Positions 59,285 to 64,000 of a stretch of 64,000 nt of DNA are shown piece after piece. Positions within the stretch are counted from its first letter, which is position 1. Every line of letters starts with the position of its first letter. The notes below the pieces were generated by a model. It did no database searches. It was not told the DNA's origin and saw only the letters and a program-made list of their open reading frames with translations. The stretch is from Lingula anatina (Eukaryota; Animalia; Brachiopoda). The DNA lies in contig CM120646.1 of NCBI GenBank assembly GCA_051362555.1, forward strand, positions 18,724,001-18,788,000. The letters are read 5' to 3'. Both the position numbers and the translations under genes were made by a program.

Positions 59285-60317
59285 TCAACATTTTCCCTCT
59301 TTGTCGTAGTTCACGTAGTTCTGACTAAACGTTTCCCTATGATCACTGAAGCACTGTGCAGCTGCCGCGTCGCACTCACACACAGCATTTCGGCATGTTC
59401 CGAAAAACCAATAATAACTTGCAGGCTCTGAAAAAAGAAAGTTAAGTTGCTGCAAAAACTATTAATTAAAAAAAAAAAAAGAACTATTGGCGTTTTAAAA
59501 CGGGCCTCATAAACGGTAATTGCTTTTTTTTGACTTAATTTGCGAATTAATTGCTTATTTCATGGTCGATTGTATAAATACTGTCTGCAAGCACCGCATT
59601 GCAATCTACGAACTATTTGGCCTGCTATCATTCGCGCCTTTCCATGTATACATATGGAAACTGCTTCTCGACCGCGAACTTATTTCAATATATCTGAAGA
59701 TGCGTCATAACGAGGAACTGCTCGTTAGAGCTTTTGGCGATTCCAAATCGGTAAAGATTGACATTTTCTCCTCTTTCACTGTCTATCGGCATGTATAGAG
59801 GTGAGTTGACAAAAGTTCTTTTGAAAATCGGCTGGTTATGTTGGGCTACTTACTGCAAACAGTGGGATTGCACCCGTCCCAAGAATACGGGACGACATAA
59901 ACTGATATAGACAATGCACAGGTACCACTGGTCTGTATGGCAGTATAGCAGTCATCGTGAATTTTACAACATCTATAATAAAGGAAGGCGATTTAGGATT
60001 TCAAAAAGAAGAACTACACAGTCATCTTTACAAAGATACTCACGATTATTTATCTATAAATTATGCGTTAAAAATGAATCAATGAAAATAAAGCTTTTAA
60101 AAAAGAAACAATCGAGAAAATTCAAATGCATGGATGTGCTTTACTTTCAAATCAATATTGTTATCTTACTTATCTGTTTCATCCACCGGTGTACCGGAAC
60201 CGCCAAGCCCACAGTAACAGCCGTATCCGTTATAACTCAGGGGGTTTGTACCCGTAGAACACAATACCAACAGACCAAACTCAACCACAGAAGATTGTCT
60301 ATTAGTGTTCACCGGCG
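59285..60317 (-). CDS. Secreted phospholipase A2 domain (group I-like, 14 Cys), three exons
   Basis: Exons 60170-60317, 59854-59972 and 59285-59427 splice in frame: SVVEFGLLVLCSTGTNPLSYNGYGCYCGLGGSGTPVDETDKCCKIHDDCYTAIQTSGTCALSISVYVVPYSWDGCNPTVCKPASYYWFFGTCRNAVCECDAAAAQCFSDHRETFSQNYVNYDKEGKC*. Ca-loop YCGxGG, catalytic CCxxHDxCY and CECD are intact; Cys at position 11. Confidence 0.95.
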
Positions 60318-60322
60318 CTGGG

Positions 60323-60346
60323 ATAATAATAATAATAATAATAAAA

Positions 60347-60386
<40 letters not shown>
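60323..60386. repeat. (AAT)n microsatellite
   Basis: About 20 AAT units with one interruption, abutting the acceptor of the first PLA2 exon. Confidence 0.9.
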
Positions 60387-60389
<3 letters not shown>

Positions 60390-60502
60390 TTGCAAAAATT
60401 GCAAACTTTATTTGTCCTTGGAAATTATCAGGATTTTATTTATTTATTTATTTATCTATTGCATACTTCAACTTCAAACAAATACGATAAAACTTCACCT
60501 AC

Positions 60503-60802
60503 TTTCCTCAAACGCGTACACCAGCAAGCCTCCCTCGAACACGTCATAAATGGTACAGCTGGCATCTAAATCCTCTAAACCTCCTCCGTTGCCACTCTCA
60601 GTGGTCAAACAACGGCCATCGAATGAAACAGCAAAGTTTAGAATACCTGAGAGTCTGGCCTCTTTTACACAGGCCTCTAGATATGGCGTGAGGTCGGTAG
60701 AGTTGGCAGGGACAGGGAGAGAAGGGTTGGTATAGAATTCTTTGTTGTAAATATTTTGCGGGTCAAGCGTGCACCCCAGTCGCCGCAGCGTGCGCCAACC
60801 AT
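60503..60802 (-). CDS. 300-nt phase 1-1 exon encoding a 4-Cys extracellular domain (WSC-like), upstream of and in frame with PLA2
   Basis: cttacag|..GWRTLRRLGCTLDPQNIYNKEFYTNPSLPVPANSTDLTPYLEACVKEARLSGILNFAVSFDGRCLTTESGNGGGLEDLDASCTIYDVFEGGLLVYAFEE|gtaggt; stop-free for 100 codons. Confidence 0.75.
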
Positions 60803-61487
60803 CTGTAAGACAAATTAAGAAGAGAAATATTATTTCGTTTTGATTTACGTTTTCTTTGGGAATGGTTTCCTTCGTTTTGTTTGAAAAATTTTTTATTGTG
60901 CAAATTTACTTTATTTCAATATTTTAATCACCAGACATATGCATCTGATCAAGGGTCGGAGCACTGCATATAGTAACCTCTCTATGGATTTGTCAACTTT
61001 TAAATTATGAAAAAAAATAAACCGCTTTTGTCTTCATGAACTACACAAATGAAGACCCGGTGCAACGAAACTGAGGGTCTGTGTAACAGAGTTCACCCTC
61101 CATTTAGTTATTATGGTTAGGGTTAGCCTGATCTTAGTGGGTAAAAATCTAGGGCGAGGCTTACCTGTGGACAATCATGTCCATCATGGGAAACTCTTTG
61201 TCACGTTACACTGGTTTCAAACAACACAAAGTTCTACAATTCTAGGGTACGTCAGACCCATGTGCACAGTGTTTCAAAACTGAAAGTCCGAAGATCGACT
61301 TTCTGTCTAGAAACAACGTGTTCCAGACTCTCTTTAAAGGCGGACTCTATGATGCCAGACACCGGTCATGCGCAAGTGCTTGGGCCAAGGCAAAACTCTT
61401 TCCAGTCAATTCATCTATTTTGCCTCCACCCCTCCCCCTTCCTCCCGCTTCACCGTGTATCCAATGCTGAAACACCCAGCGACTCAC

Positions 61488-61658
61488 CCGGCAAACATTC
61501 GGTAGCCTCTCCCCAGTCACACACCCCGAGGACCACGTTAAACCGCATGCCCTCTGCCGGACAGTCCCTCTCAAAGCCAATACCATGGTGACACTGCACG
61601 TACTTGTTACAGGACTCAGGGTGAGTATTCAGCTGGATTCCAGTATCGCAGATCTTAT
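61488..61658 (-). CDS. Chitin-binding peritrophin-A (CBM14/ChtBD2) domain exon, phase 1-1
   Basis: ttcag|..KICDTGIQLNTHPESCNKYVQCHHGIGFERDCPAEGMRFNVVLGVCDWGEATECLP|gtgagt; six Cys with HPxxCxxYxxC, CP, FN and CDW hallmarks; 171 nt. Confidence 0.88.
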
Positions 61659-62020
61659 CTGAAGTTAATGGAAAATATGAATAAGTCAGTTACTGCACAT
61701 GTGTATTTAGATCGGGTAGCTTCCTTTGAAGTTGGACATAAGAACGAGATATTATGTCCAAGCTTTGAAGTACACAACAAATGTGTTTATCATTTATGTG
61801 ATTATCATCATTACTGCTGTTGTTATCATTATCATTATTACCATTATTATTTACGGGCGGATCTTGATTAAAACAATTTCACATTAGTTATTTTGCTCTG
61901 GAGACAATCTTTTCATCGCCAAAATCAATGCCTAAATTGTGCCCCCTAACACCGATACTATCTTTCTCAATTTACAATGGTGACATTATATTTATGGCCT
62001 ATACATGTGCACTTGCTAAC

Positions 62021-62058
62021 CTGCTCTTACTAACTCCGTATTTGTGAAACACAAGAAC
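62021..62058 (-). CDS. Candidate small exon encoding the end of a signal peptide for the CBM14-PLA2 gene
   Basis: tattttag|G-FLCFTNTELVRA-G|gttag; a phase-1 donor gives VRA-DKIC, a plausible cleavage site. The start exon was not found. Confidence 0.4.
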
Positions 62059-63293
62059 CTAAAATATATATATGGCAACGAAATATTGATTTCTAAACTT
62101 TTGCCTTTGTGTTTATAAGATAGCTGTTTTGTCGCTTTTCGCTCGATATTCTGCTTTTTTTTTGGGGGGGGGGGGGAGGGAAGAGGGATAACTCTGAATC
62201 TGAAAACTATTTCCCCAGAGATTGTCGTTGTTGTTAGCATTTAGCAGACACTTTTTGGGACACGTTGCATTTGTGATAGCGAAAAAGGACCACGACATTC
62301 ATGAACATGGACATGAACATGGGACCCATGTAACCATGCCACCTAGCTGAAATTTTTAGGCATGAAATCTAATGGCGTTGGTAAAATTGCAAAGATATAA
62401 CGGCAATTTTGCAACCCATGACTTTAAAGTACACAGTTAAAGTGGTGTCCTAATTTCTAGTATGAATAAGTGGTCATAAATTATGACTCATAATGCAAAT
62501 TGGCATTTACAGTACACGTTCAAAAACGGAACCGAATGAAGTATTTCCTTATCTTTATGAATCAAATTAACATTTTATTTTGTATCAATAAAAGTGCTTA
62601 GTCTTATAGTACACTGGAAGCACAAGGGTGCCCTATGGCAACTTTTGCTACAACATGTATAAAGTTCAATGCAATACATAGTGACGATCGAGCCCAGAGA
62701 GTTCAAGACAATTGCGTGCCACTCCTTTAACTTCGGATGTGAGTGTGCGAAAATGTTGAGTTCGAGTCCATGTTAATACAGACAGAACACATCGTTTATA
62801 TGTTGATGTTTTATTCACAAATTTCAAGATAGATATCAATACCCTTAGGAAAAAATGAAATGCATCTGTGAAAATATTTACAATATATACATATGTACAT
62901 AATAAGGGTACAAAACAAAATGAATTGATGCATCAATAAGTTACTGATAGATGAATTGGTAAAAACTACCAGTTTTTAGACTCGTCACCTGACTTCGTAA
63001 TCATAACGCTCGGCGTATTGTTTATTTGGAATGAATGAACATGATACAGATTCATCCACATAGGTTGGTTCACTGGAGCCAGAAATACGCCGCAAATGTC
63101 AAAAGGGCGTCTCTTAGATTTTCCACTAGCTTAATCATGGATAACTTGAGCGGATGGAATTTAAACTGCCCTTCCTTGGTATTAAACCTTCTTTGGACAA
63201 TATAATGAGCAATAAAGATGAGCTATCCGTAGACGTTTAGAAATTGTTTTGCATGAAATCCGAAGGATTTCAATTTTACGTGGAACGCAATGT

Positions 63294-63890
63294 CTACACT
63301 TCACTCTCTTTATCAAACAAGAACCCGTGTTGGTCAATGATGATTTGCACAACAGCCTGGAGTGGGGCGGCGCTAGATGCCATGTCGGCCAAAGAGGCAA
63401 ACTCTGGCCGTAGTAGTGTGGGCCACCAGCAAATGGCAAGGTTGTCACTGGTCATACAGTTTACATCACTGAGTGATGAAACTCTGAAAAAAAAACCCAT
63501 CAATCAAACATACTGATGGAATACAAAGTGAAGTTTGATAATAAGATCTTTATGATGATAAAAATATAGGGTGTGCATATACTTTTCGATACTGAGAGAT
63601 TTTTGTGTCGTCCTTTATAAACTTCATATATCATATATGTTATATCTTTAACTTCATTACCTATGAAAAATTCAAATATTCGCCCAAACGTAAATCGGCG
63701 ACTTAAGAAAAGCAATTTTGTAAATGAGTTTGGGAACACTTTTGTTTATTTGGCATGACTTAATAATCGAAGAATCCAACTCACTTGTTCAAGTGTGTGG
63801 CCATGAATTTAAGCACGCGGTAGTGGGCAGCAGGAAGCTTCTGAAGCACATTTCTCAGAGCTTGAAGGCGACATGTTTTGTCTTGGATAC
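63294..63890 (-). CDS. Last two exons of a p190RhoGAP (ARHGAP35/ARHGAP5-like); gene continues beyond the window
   Basis: IQDKTCRLQALRNVLQKLPAAHYRVLKFMATHLN|..VNCMTSDNLAICWWPTLLRPEF...QIIIDQHGFLFDKESEV*; NLxICxWPTLxRP is characteristic of the p190 RhoGAP domain. Confidence 0.85.
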
Positions 63891-64000
63891 CTGAAAATGA
63901 CAAATCACACCTGAAATGATTTTAAAAATAAGTTCAGAAAACCTCTAAATAAATAAATAAATAAGCACCAAATCTAAATATCTCTCACAGAGAAACTCCT

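Noticed and set aside
59914-60549. 211-aa plus-strand ORF with poly-Asn
   Set aside because: Antisense to real PLA2 exons and kept open by the (AAT)n microsatellite.
61160-61330. Strong donor CAG|GTAAG at ~61164 as an extra coding exon of the CBM14-PLA2 gene
   Set aside because: Upstream sequence has nearby stops in the frames checked and no matching phase; at most an alternative non-coding exon.

Overview
AT-rich, intron-containing invertebrate (metazoan) genomic DNA; nothing prokaryotic and no CRISPR. Almost all genes are on the minus strand. Left to right: a peroxisomal (C-terminal AKL) firefly-luciferase/4CL-like acyl-CoA synthetase; a tandem array of five type-B carboxylesterases (Ser-Asp-His triad, hydrophobic GPI-like tails; the first has a frameshift) interrupted by a plus-strand GAL3ST-like sulfotransferase and an inverted partial copy of it; three tandem two-exon genes for small secreted 6-Cys peptides; an ENT4/SLC29A4-like nucleoside transporter; a spliced gene, absent from the ORF track, that joins a chitin-binding CBM14 domain, a 4-Cys WSC-like domain and an intact group-I secreted phospholipase A2; and the 3' end of a p190RhoGAP. 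Repeats include a palindromic Tc1 derivative made of two 3' halves, many MITEs, a 7 x 103 bp intronic array, a Penelope-type minimal hammerhead ribozyme and a strong excess of TACATGTA motifs. The most novel items are the chitin-binding PLA2 fusion and the toxin/defensin-like peptide triplet. Gene models were assembled by eye from GT-AG sites and frame continuity; no database searches were run.
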